This document shows, in pieces, positions 1 through 10,359 of a DNA stretch of 64,000 bases (positions within the stretch are counted from its first letter, which is position 1; each line of letters begins with the position of its first letter). The stretch is from Puniceicoccaceae bacterium (GTDB lineage Bacteria > Verrucomicrobiota > Verrucomicrobiia > Opitutales > Oceanipulchritudinaceae): positions 313,542 through 377,541 of the forward strand of contig JBFOMH010000017.1 of assembly GCA_040830765.1 (NCBI GenBank), written 5' to 3'. The notes under the pieces are model-generated. The model made no database searches and had not been told where the DNA came from. It saw nothing but the letters and a program-made list of their open reading frames with translations. The translations under genes and the position numbers were made by a program.

Positions 1-437
1 CGCCGATGGTCAAGTCCCTCAACTACCTGAACAACATCCTTGCCAAGGCGGATGCCAACCAGGCCGACTGCCTCGAAGCCATCATGTTGAACGACCAGGG
101 CTATGTTGCCGAATGCACCGGGGACAACATTTTCATCCGGCACAAGGACAAGTGGTTTACGCCCCCGACGGCTGCCGGTGCCCTCCGGGGGATTACCCGC
201 GGTGCCGTTCTCGAGCTGATGGAGGACCTTGGCTACACCTGTCAGGAGGCCAATTTGACCCGCTATGACATCTGGACCGCTGATGAAATGTTCCTCACCG
301 GCACGGCTGCCGAGGTCATTCCTGTGGTTGACGTGGACAGCCGGACCATTGGGGACGGAAAGCCCGGTGCCTTGACCCACAAGTTGCTTGAGGCCTTCCA
401 TGACAAGGTGAAAACGGATGGCCGGATGATTCGGTGA
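1..437 (+). CDS. ilvE: Branched-chain amino acid aminotransferase (class IV PLP enzyme), 5'-truncated by window edge
   Basis: KSLNYLNN (PLP lysine), ECTGDNIF, LRGITR and EMFLTGTAAEVIPV class IV motifs. Confidence 0.9.
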   Translation, partial: PMVKSLNYLNNILAKADANQADCLEAIMLNDQGYVAECTGDNIFIRHKDKWFTPPTAAGALRGITRGAVLELMEDLGYTCQEANLTRYDIWTADEMFLTGTAAEVIPVVDVDSRTIGDGKPGALTHKLLEAFHDKVKTDGRMIR

Positions 438-485
438 ACCGCCCTTTCGACTGGAAAATGGGCCGAATGCGATTAAGATAGAAAC

Positions 486-980
486 ATGGCAAAACCCGAA
501 CAGTGCAGCCAATGTTCCAAGCCGGCAACGATCCACCTTACCCAGATTATCGATAACAAGATTCACAAGGTGGATTTGTGCGAGGATTGCCCCTTCAAGA
601 AAGGGGTGACCGATCCGGAAGGCTTCTCCCTGGCCGATTTTCTCCTCAAGCCTCCCGCTTCGCTCGTTTCGGATCAGTCCCTGCAGTGCGAGGCCTGTGG
701 GTTCTCTCCCGCGGACTTCAAGAAGACCGGGCGTTTCGGATGTCCCCAGTGCTATGAGACCTTCAAGGAAATCCTCCAGCCGATGCTGAAGAACATGCAC
801 AAGGACACCGTTCACCGGGGAAAGGTGCCTGAAAAAGCCCTGGCCCGTATGAGCCGCAAGCGGCGTCTGGACCAACTCGAGTCCGACCTCGATGAAGCGG
901 TCAAGGAAGAGAATTACGAAGAGGCGGCCCGCTTGCGGGATTTGATTTCCCAAGCCAGGGAAGCCCTTAATTTTTCCTGA
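486..980 (+). CDS. mcsA: Protein-arginine kinase activator McsA (4x CxxC, C-terminal UVR domain)
   Basis: CSQC, LCEDC, CEACG, GRFGCPQCY; ENYEEAARLRD UVR motif; directly upstream of mcsB. Confidence 0.9.
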   Translation: MAKPEQCSQCSKPATIHLTQIIDNKIHKVDLCEDCPFKKGVTDPEGFSLADFLLKPPASLVSDQSLQCEACGFSPADFKKTGRFGCPQCYETFKEILQPMLKNMHKDTVHRGKVPEKALARMSRKRRLDQLESDLDEAVKEENYEEAARLRDLISQAREALNFS

Positions 981-985
981 TAACA

Positions 986-2110
986 ATGCTGATAACTCCC
1001 CTAATTGAAGCTAAGGCTGAATTGACGGATGGAGGATTGGCAGCTGAGCCAATCGTCCTTTCGACTCGTATCCGGCTTGCCCGCAACCTGGCCGGTGAAG
1101 CTTTTCCGGGATGGGCAGACGGACCGCAGCGGACAGCGGTCTTTGACCGTTGTTTTGAGCAGCTCAGTCCGTTGTCAGCTTTCAAGGAGGGGGTATTCCT
1201 GCAGATGTCCGATCTGACCGACCTTGAAAAACAGGTGTTGGTGGAACGGCGTCTGGTCAGCCGCGAACTTATCGAGGCCCCCGATTCGACCGGGGTACTG
1301 GTTTCACCAGCCCAGAACCTGGCCATTATGATTAATGAAGAGGACCACTTGCGGATCCAGGCCCTGCACAGCGGATTCAATCTCCGCAAGACCTGGGATG
1401 AAGTGGACAGCCTCGACAACCAGATCGAGGAACATCTCGATTATGCGTTTTCCGATGATTACGGTTACCTCACTGCCTGTCCGACAAACGTCGGGACGGG
1501 TCTCCGGGCCTCCGCGATGCTCCACTTGCCCGGTCTTGTCATGCGGGACCACATGGAGAAGGTCATCCGGATGGTCAACCAGTTGGGATTGGCGGTCCGG
1601 GGAAGCCTCGGTGAGGGCAGCGAGGCCACCGGGAGCATTTTCCAAATCAGCAACCAGCAGACGCTGGGGGAGTCCGAGGAGCAGATTCTCAAACGCCTCA
1701 TCAACATCCTTCATGCCATCATTGAGCAGGAGAATAATGCCCGCGGGGTCATGCTCGAAAAGCAGCCTGCTGTGATTCTGGACAAAATTGGACGCGCCTA
1801 CGGTGTTTTGCGAAATGGGCACCTTTTAAGCTCCGCAGAAGCGGTAAATCTATTGAGTTTGATGCGACTGGCAGTGGACATCGGCATGTTGCCGCAGGAA
1901 AAACGGGCCCAAATCGACCGTCTGACGATGGAGGTTCAGCCCGGTCATGTCCAGTGCACCGCCAATGCCAACATCGATCCGGAAGAGCGCGACGAGATGC
2001 GGGCAACCAGAATTAGGGAACAATTTGCTTCTTTTCCTACTCTTGATTTTAGTAACATCCATTGGACGCCCAACCTGAAACCACAAGATAACGATGGAAC
2101 CCATGAATAA
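986..2110 (+). CDS. mcsB: Protein arginine kinase McsB
   Basis: STRIRLARN, INEEDHLR, YLTACPTNVGTGLRAS and FQISNQQTLG guanidino-kinase motifs; between mcsA and clpC. Confidence 0.92.
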   Translation: MLITPLIEAKAELTDGGLAAEPIVLSTRIRLARNLAGEAFPGWADGPQRTAVFDRCFEQLSPLSAFKEGVFLQMSDLTDLEKQVLVERRLVSRELIEAPDSTGVLVSPAQNLAIMINEEDHLRIQALHSGFNLRKTWDEVDSLDNQIEEHLDYAFSDDYGYLTACPTNVGTGLRASAMLHLPGLVMRDHMEKVIRMVNQLGLAVRGSLGEGSEATGSIFQISNQQTLGESEEQILKRLINILHAIIEQENNARGVMLEKQPAVILDKIGRAYGVLRNGHLLSSAEAVNLLSLMRLAVDIGMLPQEKRAQIDRLTMEVQPGHVQCTANANIDPEERDEMRATRIREQFASFPTLDFSNIHWTPNLKPQDNDGTHE

Positions 2111-4595
2111 TTTTACGCCCCGGGCCCAGCAAGTGCTGGCATTGGCCCGTAAGGAGGCTGACCGCTTTCACCACAATTATGTCGGTACAGAGCACCTGCT
2201 GCTTGGATTGATTAATCTCGGGCAGGGAGTTGCTGTTAATGTGCTGCAGAAAATGGGACTGGACCTCGATACTGTGCGGACCGCTGTTGAGAAGCAGGTC
2301 GGCAAGGGGCCAGCCGCGAAGCCGATTGGAAACATCTCCTACACCCCCCGGGTAAAAAAGGTCCTCGCCCTGGCGGGCAAGGAAGCCAAGTCGTTGAACC
2401 ACAGCTATGTAGGGACGGAGCATATCCTTTTGGGCCTCCTTCGGGAAGGCGATGGCGTCGCTGCCCGGGTGCTGAAGAGCCTCGAGGTGGATATTGAGCG
2501 CTGCCGGGACGAAATCCTCAGCGAACTGGATCCCAATTTTGCCGGTGAAGGGGGCGAACCTACGGGTGCTGCCCCGGGTGGCGTCGGTCCCATGGGCGGC
2601 GGTCCGGAAGACAAGCGCGAATTGAAGACGCCGGCCCTGAAGGCATTCGGACGGGATCTTACCGAACTGGCCCGCAACGGGGAACTGGACCCGGTCATCG
2701 GCCGCAAGGACGAAATACGCCGGGTCGTCCAGGTGCTTTGCCGGCGGACCAAGAACAATCCCGTGTTGATTGGTGAGGCCGGCGTCGGCAAAACGGCCAT
2801 TGTCGAAGGACTGGCCCTCGAGATTGCAAGTGGGGTTGTTCCGGAAATCCTTGCTGAAAAACGACTTATAACGCTCGACCTCGCCCTTATGGTGGCTGGG
2901 ACAAAGTACCGCGGCCAGTTCGAGGAGCGCATCAAGGCGGTCATGGACGAGATTCGCCGGGCCAAGAACGTCATTATCTTCATCGATGAACTGCACACCA
3001 TTGTTGGTGCGGGTGCCGCTGAAGGAGCGATGGACGCTTCCAACATCTTCAAGCCAGCCTTAAGCCGGGGTGAATTGCAGTGCATTGGAGCGACCACCTT
3101 GGCCGAGTACCGCAAGTACATAGAGAAGGATAGTGCCCTTGATCGGCGCTTCCAGAGTGTCATGGTGGACGCTCCGAGCGTCGAGGACTCCATTGCCATC
3201 CTCAAGGGCATCGCCCCGAAGTACGAGGAGCACCACAAAGTCAGCTACACGGATAAAGCCCTTGAATCGGCTGTCCACCTGTCCGAACGCTACATCACTT
3301 CCCGCTTCCTGCCGGACAAAGCCATCGATGTGCTCGATGAAACTGGTGCCCGCTCGCGGATCAATTCCCTTAATCGTCCACCGGAAATCGAGGACATGGC
3401 CAAGAAGATCGAAGAGGTCTGTGCCCAAAAGGAAGATTGCATCAGCAAGCAGAAGTTTGAGGATGCCGCCAAGTTCCGGGACGAGGAAAAGAAGCTCCGG
3501 GCCCAGCGGGAAGAAATGATTGAGGAATGGAAGAAGTCCCGTGCCGAGACCAAGATTACTGTCGATGAGGAGGATATGCTCCAGGTCGTCAGCGACTGGA
3601 CCGGTATTCCGCTGCGCCGGATGGAGCAGAAGGAATCCGAGAAGCTTCTCAATCTGGAGAATGAGCTTCAGGATACGGTTATCGGGCAGGATGAGGCCAC
3701 AGTGGCCATTGCCAAAGCCTTGCGCCGCAGCCGGGCCGATTTGAAAGACCCCAGCCGTCCGATTGGGTCCTTCCTCTTCATGGGCCCGACTGGCGTCGGC
3801 AAGACCCACCTCGCCAAGACCCTCGCCGAGTCCATTTTCGGAAACAAGGATTCCATCGTCCAGATCGACATGTCGGAGTACATGGAGAAGTTTTCTGTCA
3901 GCCGCCTGATTGGTTCGCCTCCGGGTTACGTTGGCTACGAGGAAGGGGGTCAGTTGACCGAGACAGTCCGCCGCAAGCCTTACTGCGTGGTCCTCTTTGA
4001 CGAAATTGAGAAGGCCCACCCGGATGTCGTGCAGATTCTTCTTCAGGTCCTCGAAGAGGGCCGCTTGACGGATAGCCTCGGCCGGACGGTCGATTTCCGG
4101 AACACGATCATTATCATGACATCCAATGTCGGGGCCCATATCCTGCAGAAGGGACAAGGGCTCGGGTTCGGGAACGACGATGCAGAGGACAACTTCGAGA
4201 AGATCAAATCCAAGATCATGGATGAGGCCAAGCGGGTCTTCAAACCGGAGTTCCTTAACCGGATCAACAGTATCATTGTCTTCCACCAGCTGCTTCGCCA
4301 GCACCTGCGCAAGATTGTCGATATTGAAATCCGTGGCATCACCGGGCGCCTTGCCGAGCGCCATATGCCGCTGGAGATTTCCGAGGCTGCCAAGGATTTC
4401 CTCATTGACCAGGGATATGATGAGAAGTTCGGAGCCCGGCCCTTGCGGAGGGCGGTCGAGCAACATCTGGAGGATCCCCTGGCCGAGAATCTCCTGCGGG
4501 GTGACCTCAAGGAGGGTGAGCCGGTCCAGGTGGATGTTTCCGAAGATGGCAAGGTGCTGACCTTCGTCCAGAAGGCGGCAGCTCCCGGGGTCTGA
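2094..4595 (+). CDS. clpC: ATP-dependent Clp protease ATP-binding subunit ClpC
   Basis: Two Clp-N repeats (GTEH), Walker A GEAGVGKT and GPTGVGKT, short UVR-type middle domain, LGF ClpP-docking loop. Confidence 0.95.
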   Translation: MEPMNNFTPRAQQVLALARKEADRFHHNYVGTEHLLLGLINLGQGVAVNVLQKMGLDLDTVRTAVEKQVGKGPAAKPIGNISYTPRVKKVLALAGKEAKSLNHSYVGTEHILLGLLREGDGVAARVLKSLEVDIERCRDEILSELDPNFAGEGGEPTGAAPGGVGPMGGGPEDKRELKTPALKAFGRDLTELARNGELDPVIGRKDEIRRVVQVLCRRTKNNPVLIGEAGVGKTAIVEGLALEIASGVVPEILAEKRLITLDLALMVAGTKYRGQFEERIKAVMDEIRRAKNVIIFIDELHTIVGAGAAEGAMDASNIFKPALSRGELQCIGATTLAEYRKYIEKDSALDRRFQSVMVDAPSVEDSIAILKGIAPKYEEHHKVSYTDKALESAVHLSERYITSRFLPDKAIDVLDETGARSRINSLNRPPEIEDMAKKIEEVCAQKEDCISKQKFEDAAKFRDEEKKLRAQREEMIEEWKKSRAETKITVDEEDMLQVVSDWTGIPLRRMEQKESEKLLNLENELQDTVIGQDEATVAIAKALRRSRADLKDPSRPIGSFLFMGPTGVGKTHLAKTLAESIFGNKDSIVQIDMSEYMEKFSVSRLIGSPPGYVGYEEGGQLTETVRRKPYCVVLFDEIEKAHPDVVQILLQVLEEGRLTDSLGRTVDFRNTIIIMTSNVGAHILQKGQGLGFGNDDAEDNFEKIKSKIMDEAKRVFKPEFLNRINSIIVFHQLLRQHLRKIVDIEIRGITGRLAERHMPLEISEAAKDFLIDQGYDEKFGARPLRRAVEQHLEDPLAENLLRGDLKEGEPVQVDVSEDGKVLTFVQKAAAPGV

Positions 4596-4620
4596 TTCGA
4601 CTTCCCGCCGGCGATTTCCA

Positions 4621-4649
4621 TTGCCAATCGGGCAGGCCCTTTCTAAGCT
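4621..4649 (+). promoter_or_regulatory. Putative sigma70 promoter of the ACT-domain gene
   Basis: TTGCCA-N17-TAAGCT, followed by AGGAGG at 4661-4666. Confidence 0.55.
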
Positions 4650-4672
4650 TCATGCTGGAAAGGAGGCACCTG

Positions 4673-5092
4673 ATGTTAAACGTGTCACAAGGTAAGGAAA
4701 TCGTCCTTCGTGTGAAGAACGACATGGGTGTCCTTGGTGAAATAGCCCGTTTGGTTTCCGAGAGGGGGGTAAGTATCGAAGCGGTCTCCGGCACGGCCGA
4801 AGCCGACATGTGTACGCTGAGGCTGGTCACGGATGACAATCTGCGCACCTGTGATCTTCTTCAGGAGCATGCCTATTCTCCGGTTGAGGAATCCGTTGTC
4901 CTTCTCGAAGTTCCCCATAAGCCGGGAATGTTGAGGAATCTGACGTTGCGGCTGGGAGAAGAAGCGATCGATATCCGCTCACTCTATGCTTCCGCGAGTA
5001 CCAGGGATGCCTATTGCCTGATGGTATTGCGGACGACGAATGATGCTAGGGCGCTCGTCGCCCTGAGTGAATTCGTCACCGAATATGCATGA
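4673..5092 (+). CDS. Tandem ACT-domain protein
   Basis: NDMGVLGEI and HKPGMLRNL ACT loops; start placed at ATG 4673 because of the AGGAGG RBS. Confidence 0.8.
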   Translation: MLNVSQGKEIVLRVKNDMGVLGEIARLVSERGVSIEAVSGTAEADMCTLRLVTDDNLRTCDLLQEHAYSPVEESVVLLEVPHKPGMLRNLTLRLGEEAIDIRSLYASASTRDAYCLMVLRTTNDARALVALSEFVTEYA

Positions 5093-5126
5093 GGCATCTT
5101 GAAGCACTGAGAGCCAGTGCTTTATG

Positions 5127-5160
5127 GCAGGCCGGTTGCTTATATCGGCCTGCTTTTTTT
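5127..5160 (+). terminator. Rho-independent terminator
   Basis: GCAGGCCG...CGGCCTGC stem followed by a T run, between convergent genes. Confidence 0.85.
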
Positions 5161-5179
5161 ATTTGCCTGTGGAGCTCGG

Positions 5180-7249
5180 CTACTTGGTGTTGAGCCGTTC
5201 GACGGTCTTTTTCTCAAGGTCCCTCGGCATCTCCTCGTAGTGGGAGAAGGATTCCGAGTGGAAGCCGCGTCCACCAGTGATGGACCGCAGTGAGGTACTG
5301 TAGCGATACAGCTCCATCATCGGTACCGATGCCCGGATAACCTGGAATTTACCGTCTGTGTCCATCCCCTGGATGCGCCCGCGGCGACTGGAAATGTCGC
5401 CCATGACGTCGCCCATGAAATCTTCCGGAACCTTGACCTCAATGGACATGATAGGCTCCAGCAGACAGGGAGAAGCATCCATGAAAGCCTGCTTGAAGGC
5501 CTCCTTGCCGGCAATCTGGAAGGCAATGTCCTTGGAATCGACTGGGTGCATCTTGCCGTCATAAAAGTCGATTTTGACGTCAGTGACGTGGCAATGGGCC
5601 ATGATACCCTCGCTGCAGGCGGATTGGACACCCTTTTCCACCGAGGGAACAAAGACGCGGTCCACATTCTGGCCCACGAGGGACTGATTGAAGTCCACAC
5701 CCGAGTCCCTGGGCAGGGGCTCGATGCGCATCCAGACCTCTGCGAACTGTCCCGCGCCACCAGTCTGCTTCTTGTGCCGGTACTTGGACTCAGCCTTTTT
5801 GCGGATTGTCTCCCGGAAGGGGACTTTCGGCTCGCGCAAGGTGATCTCGACATTGAAGCGCCGCTTGAGGCGGCTCTTGATTACTTCCAGATGCAGTTCT
5901 CCTTGTCCGGAAAGGACCATTTCCGCGGTCTCCATGTTGTTGACATAGAGGAAGGTCGGGTCCTCCTCGTGCAGCGTGGCCAGACCTTCGGCGAGTTTGT
6001 CTTCATCGCCTTTGGCTTCAACTTCCAGGGCACCATGGATGTTTGGCTTGGGATACTCGACCGCCGGCAGCTTAACCTTCCGGTCGGGACTGCAGAGTGT
6101 ATTCCCGGTATGCGTGTCCCGCAGTTTGACCATGACGCCAATGTCGCCTGCGGTCAGCTTGTCGATCGATTCGCGCTCATGTCCCTGCAGGGTGTAGAGC
6201 TGGCCAATTTTCTCCGGACAATCCCGGTCCGTATTGTAGAGTTCCATACCGGGCTTGATCTCGCCCGAATAGAGTCGGCAGAAGGAAAGCTCGCCCACAT
6301 GTGGCTCGCTGATGGTCTTGAAAATATAGCAGGCCGATGACTTGTCGGAGAGCGAGATTTCCACCTCTTCGCCTTTGGAATCAAGTGCCGGTACCGTCTT
6401 GCGGTCAACCGGACTGCTGCCGTACTTGGCGATGAAATCCATCAGCCGGACAACGCCGACATTTGTTGCCGCGGAGGTGACGAAAACCGGTATGAAGCTT
6501 TGCGACTGGATGGCGGCATGGACACCCTCCCGGAGCTGTTCCTCGCTCAGGCTGCCCTGTTCGAAGAAGGTTTCGAGGAGGCTGTCATCAGCCTCAGCAA
6601 CAAATTCGATTAGTTCCCGGTGAAGCGCCTTGACGCGCTCCAAGGCGTCGCCTTCCGCGGGCTTCTCAGTGAATTTGCCACTGCCGTCGCTGGCGTAATC
6701 GATTTCCTCGGAACGCATCACATCGAGGACCTGATTGAAGCCAGGGCCGGCATTGAGTGGCAGGGTCATCGGGAAGACCTGGCTGCCGAAATGGTCCCGC
6801 AGGTCATTCAGAACATCGTCAAAATCGACATTCTCACGGTCTGCCCCGTTGACGACAATCATCTTGGGAATGCCGTACTGGGTGGCATATTCCCAGACCT
6901 GGTCAGTACCGAGTTCAGCTCCGCTGCTGGCATTGACCACCACCATGGCGAAGTCGCCCACACGCAGGGCGCCCAGACCTTCGCTGATGAAGTCGAGGTA
7001 TCCGGGAGTGTCGATGATGTTGAATTTGCGGCCTTCCCACTCGGTGTGGAGCAGGGAAGCGTGGACGGAAATCTGACGCTCCTTCTCACTGGCGTGGTAG
7101 TCGGAAACGGTTGTTCCGGCCTCAATGGAGCCAAGGCGCTGGATCTTGCCGGCACAGCGCAGCATGGCCTCTGTTAACATTGTCTTGCCGGAGGCCTGGT
7201 GGCCCACGACGGCAAAGTTCCGTATGTTATCGGGGGTATAGGATTTCAT
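5180..7249 (-). CDS. Elongation factor G paralog (EF-G2-like)
   Basis: GHQASGKT, DTPGY, HKKQTGGAGQF; full five-domain length; not in an rpsL-rpsG-fusA-tuf operon. Confidence 0.88.
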   Translation of the reverse strand: MKSYTPDNIRNFAVVGHQASGKTMLTEAMLRCAGKIQRLGSIEAGTTVSDYHASEKERQISVHASLLHTEWEGRKFNIIDTPGYLDFISEGLGALRVGDFAMVVVNASSGAELGTDQVWEYATQYGIPKMIVVNGADRENVDFDDVLNDLRDHFGSQVFPMTLPLNAGPGFNQVLDVMRSEEIDYASDGSGKFTEKPAEGDALERVKALHRELIEFVAEADDSLLETFFEQGSLSEEQLREGVHAAIQSQSFIPVFVTSAATNVGVVRLMDFIAKYGSSPVDRKTVPALDSKGEEVEISLSDKSSACYIFKTISEPHVGELSFCRLYSGEIKPGMELYNTDRDCPEKIGQLYTLQGHERESIDKLTAGDIGVMVKLRDTHTGNTLCSPDRKVKLPAVEYPKPNIHGALEVEAKGDEDKLAEGLATLHEEDPTFLYVNNMETAEMVLSGQGELHLEVIKSRLKRRFNVEITLREPKVPFRETIRKKAESKYRHKKQTGGAGQFAEVWMRIEPLPRDSGVDFNQSLVGQNVDRVFVPSVEKGVQSACSEGIMAHCHVTDVKIDFYDGKMHPVDSKDIAFQIAGKEAFKQAFMDASPCLLEPIMSIEVKVPEDFMGDVMGDISSRRGRIQGMDTDGKFQVIRASVPMMELYRYSTSLRSITGGRGFHSESFSHYEEMPRDLEKKTVERLNTK

Positions 7250-7359
7250 TTAATTTGCTTAAAAACAGGGGGATATAGCACCGCTTGCGGCACTGGTGCG
7301 AACCATACGGGCCCATTGAGCATTGCCAAGAGGAAAACGCTCCCAATGGGAACAATCTT

Positions 7360-8160
7360 CTACTCCGATTCAACCGGATTGGACAGACGGCCAATTCCCT
7401 CGATCTCAACCGTGTATTCGTCTCCCGGTTGGAGAAAGCGTGGGGGAGTTCGGGCAGCTCCCACGCCGGAAGGGGTGCCGGTCAAAATAACTGTCCCGGC
7501 CGGTAAAGTGGTGCTGCCGCTGAGGAAGGCGATGAGGTCAGGAACGGAAAAAATGAGGTCGGACGTATGGCCATCCTGCATCAGATCCCCGTTGAGGAAG
7601 CCGCGAATGCTAAGAGCGCCCGGGTCCGGGATGTCTTCCCGGGTAACGAGGTGGGGCCCGAGCGGACAAAATGTATCAAATCCCTTTCCCCGGCAGAATT
7701 GGCCGCCTCCCCAATCCTTTTGCCAGTCGCGGGCGCTGACGTCATTTGCCGCTGTGTAGCCGAGGACATGGTCGAGGGCATCCTCCGGGGCCACATTTTG
7801 GCAGGTGCGTCCAATGATAACCGCCAGTTCGGCCTCAAAGTCGACCTTGTCGCTGCGCAGGTGTCTCGGCAGCCGGATCGCTTTGCCTGGGCCCTGGAGG
7901 GTCCCCGGCATCTTGATGAAAAACACGGGATGCTGGGGCAGTTCGCCGCCCATTTCTAGCGCATGGGCCCGATAGTTCTGGGCAATGCCAATGATCAGCG
8001 ACGGCCGTAGCGGAGCCAGCCTTTCCCTGATGGGAAGCCGCTTGGAACTGACTTCATACTCCCCGAAGAGATCGCCCTCAATGAGGTTGCCTTCGTCTTC
8101 TCCGGTTTGGTTCAAATGAACAATGCAGCCGGACTCATCACGCGTTCTAATAATCTTCAT
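7360..8160 (-). CDS. Fumarylacetoacetate hydrolase family protein
   Basis: NYRAH, DFEAELAV, NDVSARD, GKGFDTFCPLGP, TGTPSGVG; start at ATG 8160. Confidence 0.9.
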   Translation of the reverse strand: MKIIRTRDESGCIVHLNQTGEDEGNLIEGDLFGEYEVSSKRLPIRERLAPLRPSLIIGIAQNYRAHALEMGGELPQHPVFFIKMPGTLQGPGKAIRLPRHLRSDKVDFEAELAVIIGRTCQNVAPEDALDHVLGYTAANDVSARDWQKDWGGGQFCRGKGFDTFCPLGPHLVTREDIPDPGALSIRGFLNGDLMQDGHTSDLIFSVPDLIAFLSGSTTLPAGTVILTGTPSGVGAARTPPRFLQPGDEYTVEIEGIGRLSNPVESE

Positions 8161-8269
8161 GGGGCTTTCCTGGGTTTGAGGGGAATTTTTCCTCGACAAA
8201 ACGTTCCCTAATGGTCTATTGCCTAGAGGTTTACGAATATTAAAAGACTGGGACCAGCAATTTTATCGA

Positions 8270-9610
8270 ATGAGGAAAAAAATCGTATCGCCAAGGAAGT
8301 TCGTCAAGCCGTCATTCGCCTATCTTATTGAAAAGAAGCGCGATGGTGGAGAGTTCACGCAGGAGGAGATCCGCTACATCGTGGATTCCATTATCGACAA
8401 GGACATGCCGCCCCATCAGCTGGCAGCACTGTGCACGGTCATTTATTTCCAGGGCATGAGTGCCCAGGAAACAGCTGTCCTGTCCGAGGAAATGATGCTT
8501 TCGGGGGAGGTCATTGACCTCTCGCGGATCACCCGGCCAAAGATTGACAAGTATTCAACCGGAGGGGTTGGTGACAAGACCACCCTCGTCCTTGTTCCGC
8601 TGGCAGCCGCCTGCGGGGTGGTGATGCCGAACATGAACGGTGTCGACGAGGAATTTGTCATCAGCAGTCTCGACAAGCTCAGTGCCATTCCCGGATTCAG
8701 TCCGAAAATGGACCTCGATGGATTTGTGGAGCAGCTGAAGGGCGTCGGTTGCGCGATCTCCGAGCAGTCCAAGGAGATTGCCCCGGTGGACGATATCATT
8801 TACAACATGCGGCAGCAGACGGCCACTATCCCGAGCCTACCGCTGATCACCGGTTCGGTCCTGAGTCGCAAGCTCGCTCAGGGATCCGAAGGCCTTGTGG
8901 TCGATGTCAAGTGGGGCAACGGGTCCTTTATTCGCGATGTTGAGCAAGCTCGCCAGCTGGCGCGTTCGATCACTCGCGTGGGCCGCTCCATGAAGCGTCG
9001 TTGCGTGGCCCTGGTCACGGACATGAACCAGCCGCTGGGAGACACCGTCGGCACTGGGCTTGAGCTGCAGGAAGCGATTCAGCTCCTGAAGGGTGAAGGT
9101 CCGGAGGATTTGCAGGAATTGGTCCTCAAGCTGGGAATGGAGATTGTCCGTCTGGCGGGTGTCGCCGGTTCCACCCTTTCCGCGAAACAGACGGTCCAGC
9201 GGGCCCTCAAGGAAGGGACCGCCTTTGAAAAGTTCAAGGAAATGGTCGCTGCCCAAGGTGGCAAGACGGCCTGCCTGGATGACTTGGAGAAGTTCCCCAA
9301 GGCCAAGTATGTGCGCAAGCTTCCGGCTCCCAAGCGTGGTTACGTCCATACCATCAATGCGGGCATGATTGCCCGTGGGGTCCAGTTGCTGGGCATGGCC
9401 TCCGGAAAGTCGAAGAAGCTGGACCCGGCGGTCGGGGTATCGGAAATCAAGAAGGTCGGTACGCAGGTCAAGCAGGGTGAACCGCTGATGATGATTCATT
9501 ATAATGATGAATCCAAGCTGGACAGTGCTCTCGAGTACTTGAAGGCCGCCTACCGGTTAGCCCCGAAGCGTCCAAATACGCCGGAATTGATCGTCGAGCG
9601 GGTGGCTTGA
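8270..9610 (+). CDS. Thymidine/pyrimidine-nucleoside phosphorylase homolog with degenerate active site
   Basis: KKRDG, STGGVGDK, LDKLSAIPG, DVKWGNGSF, DMNQPLG; full length; DKH changed to DKY and phosphate loop altered. Confidence 0.85.
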   Translation: MRKKIVSPRKFVKPSFAYLIEKKRDGGEFTQEEIRYIVDSIIDKDMPPHQLAALCTVIYFQGMSAQETAVLSEEMMLSGEVIDLSRITRPKIDKYSTGGVGDKTTLVLVPLAAACGVVMPNMNGVDEEFVISSLDKLSAIPGFSPKMDLDGFVEQLKGVGCAISEQSKEIAPVDDIIYNMRQQTATIPSLPLITGSVLSRKLAQGSEGLVVDVKWGNGSFIRDVEQARQLARSITRVGRSMKRRCVALVTDMNQPLGDTVGTGLELQEAIQLLKGEGPEDLQELVLKLGMEIVRLAGVAGSTLSAKQTVQRALKEGTAFEKFKEMVAAQGGKTACLDDLEKFPKAKYVRKLPAPKRGYVHTINAGMIARGVQLLGMASGKSKKLDPAVGVSEIKKVGTQVKQGEPLMMIHYNDESKLDSALEYLKAAYRLAPKRPNTPELIVERVA

Positions 9611-9757
9611 GTGCGGCGTGTCCCTTGGAGTGCGGCAACTTGTTGCCGCCTTGGAAGGGCGCGACGTGTCGCGCCTGAATGAAAGCTGCGTCAAGCCGCA
9701 GCACTCCACGAGGAGCGCCTGAATGAAGGCTGCGTCAAGCCGCAGCACTCCATGGAG
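9607..9757. repeat. Left REP cluster (GGAG-tagged palindromes, 2 tandem 44-bp units)
   Basis: GGAGT-GCGGCAAC-TT-GTTGCCGC, GGCGCGAC-GT-GTCGCGCC and 2x GCTGCGTCAAGCCGCAGCACTCC; direct repeat of 10356-10501. Confidence 0.9.
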
Positions 9758-9819
9758 TAGTCAAATTTGACGGCAATACTGGCTTTTATGGGCCACGACA
9801 TTTCTGCCAGAATTGACTT

Positions 9820-10359
9820 ATGCAGCAGAAGGTCAGTTGGCACCATGCGCCGCCGCATTGGATTGAAGAAAAGGGCATTTACATGGTGACAGGGGCAACT
9901 CTGCACAAGAGGCACCTATTCAAGGATCCTGAAAGCCTCACGATGCTCCAGTCACTCTTCTTTGAACTTTGCAGTGAATTCAAATGGTCGCCCCATGCCT
10001 GGTCTTTTTTCTCCAACCATTATCATTTCATTGGTGAGTCACCTCCCGAGGCGGAAACCCTGCGACCGATGCTTTCGAAGTTGCATATGCAATCAGCTAA
10101 ATGGGCAAATAAGAGAGCCGGAACTCAGGGGAGGAAAGTCTGGTATCAATTTTGGGATAGTCGGATAACCTGGGAGCGCTCCTATTGGCCGAGATTGCGC
10201 TATGTAAACGAAAATCCGGTCAAGCATGGCCTCGTATCCAATGCTGCCCTGTATCCATGGTGTTCCGCATCATGGATTGAGAACAACGCCCGGCGTTCCC
10301 ACCTTCGCAAGATGTTGTCCTTTCATACCGACAAGCTGAAGATTTTCGATGATTTTTGA
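9820..10359 (+). mobile_element. REP-associated tyrosine transposase (RAYT/TnpA-REP, Y1 HUH family)
   Basis: HAPPH, YMVTGAT, NHYH (HUH), FWD, YVNENPVKHGLV (catalytic Tyr), YPWCS; flanked by REPs on both sides. Confidence 0.88.

Noticed and set aside
438..485. CtsR or CIRCE heat-shock operator
   Set aside because: Neither the GTCAAA heptad repeat nor TTAGCACTC-N9-GAGTGCTAA is present
7278..7350. Hairpins upstream of the EF-G paralog (GCACC/GGTGC, CCCATTG/CAATGGG) as a riboswitch or ncRNA
   Set aside because: Short imperfect stems with no recognisable family motif; cannot be supported without covariation data
9820..10359. IS200/IS605 insertion sequence
   Set aside because: No tnpB; the NPVK.GL motif and multiple flanking REPs fit RAYT better
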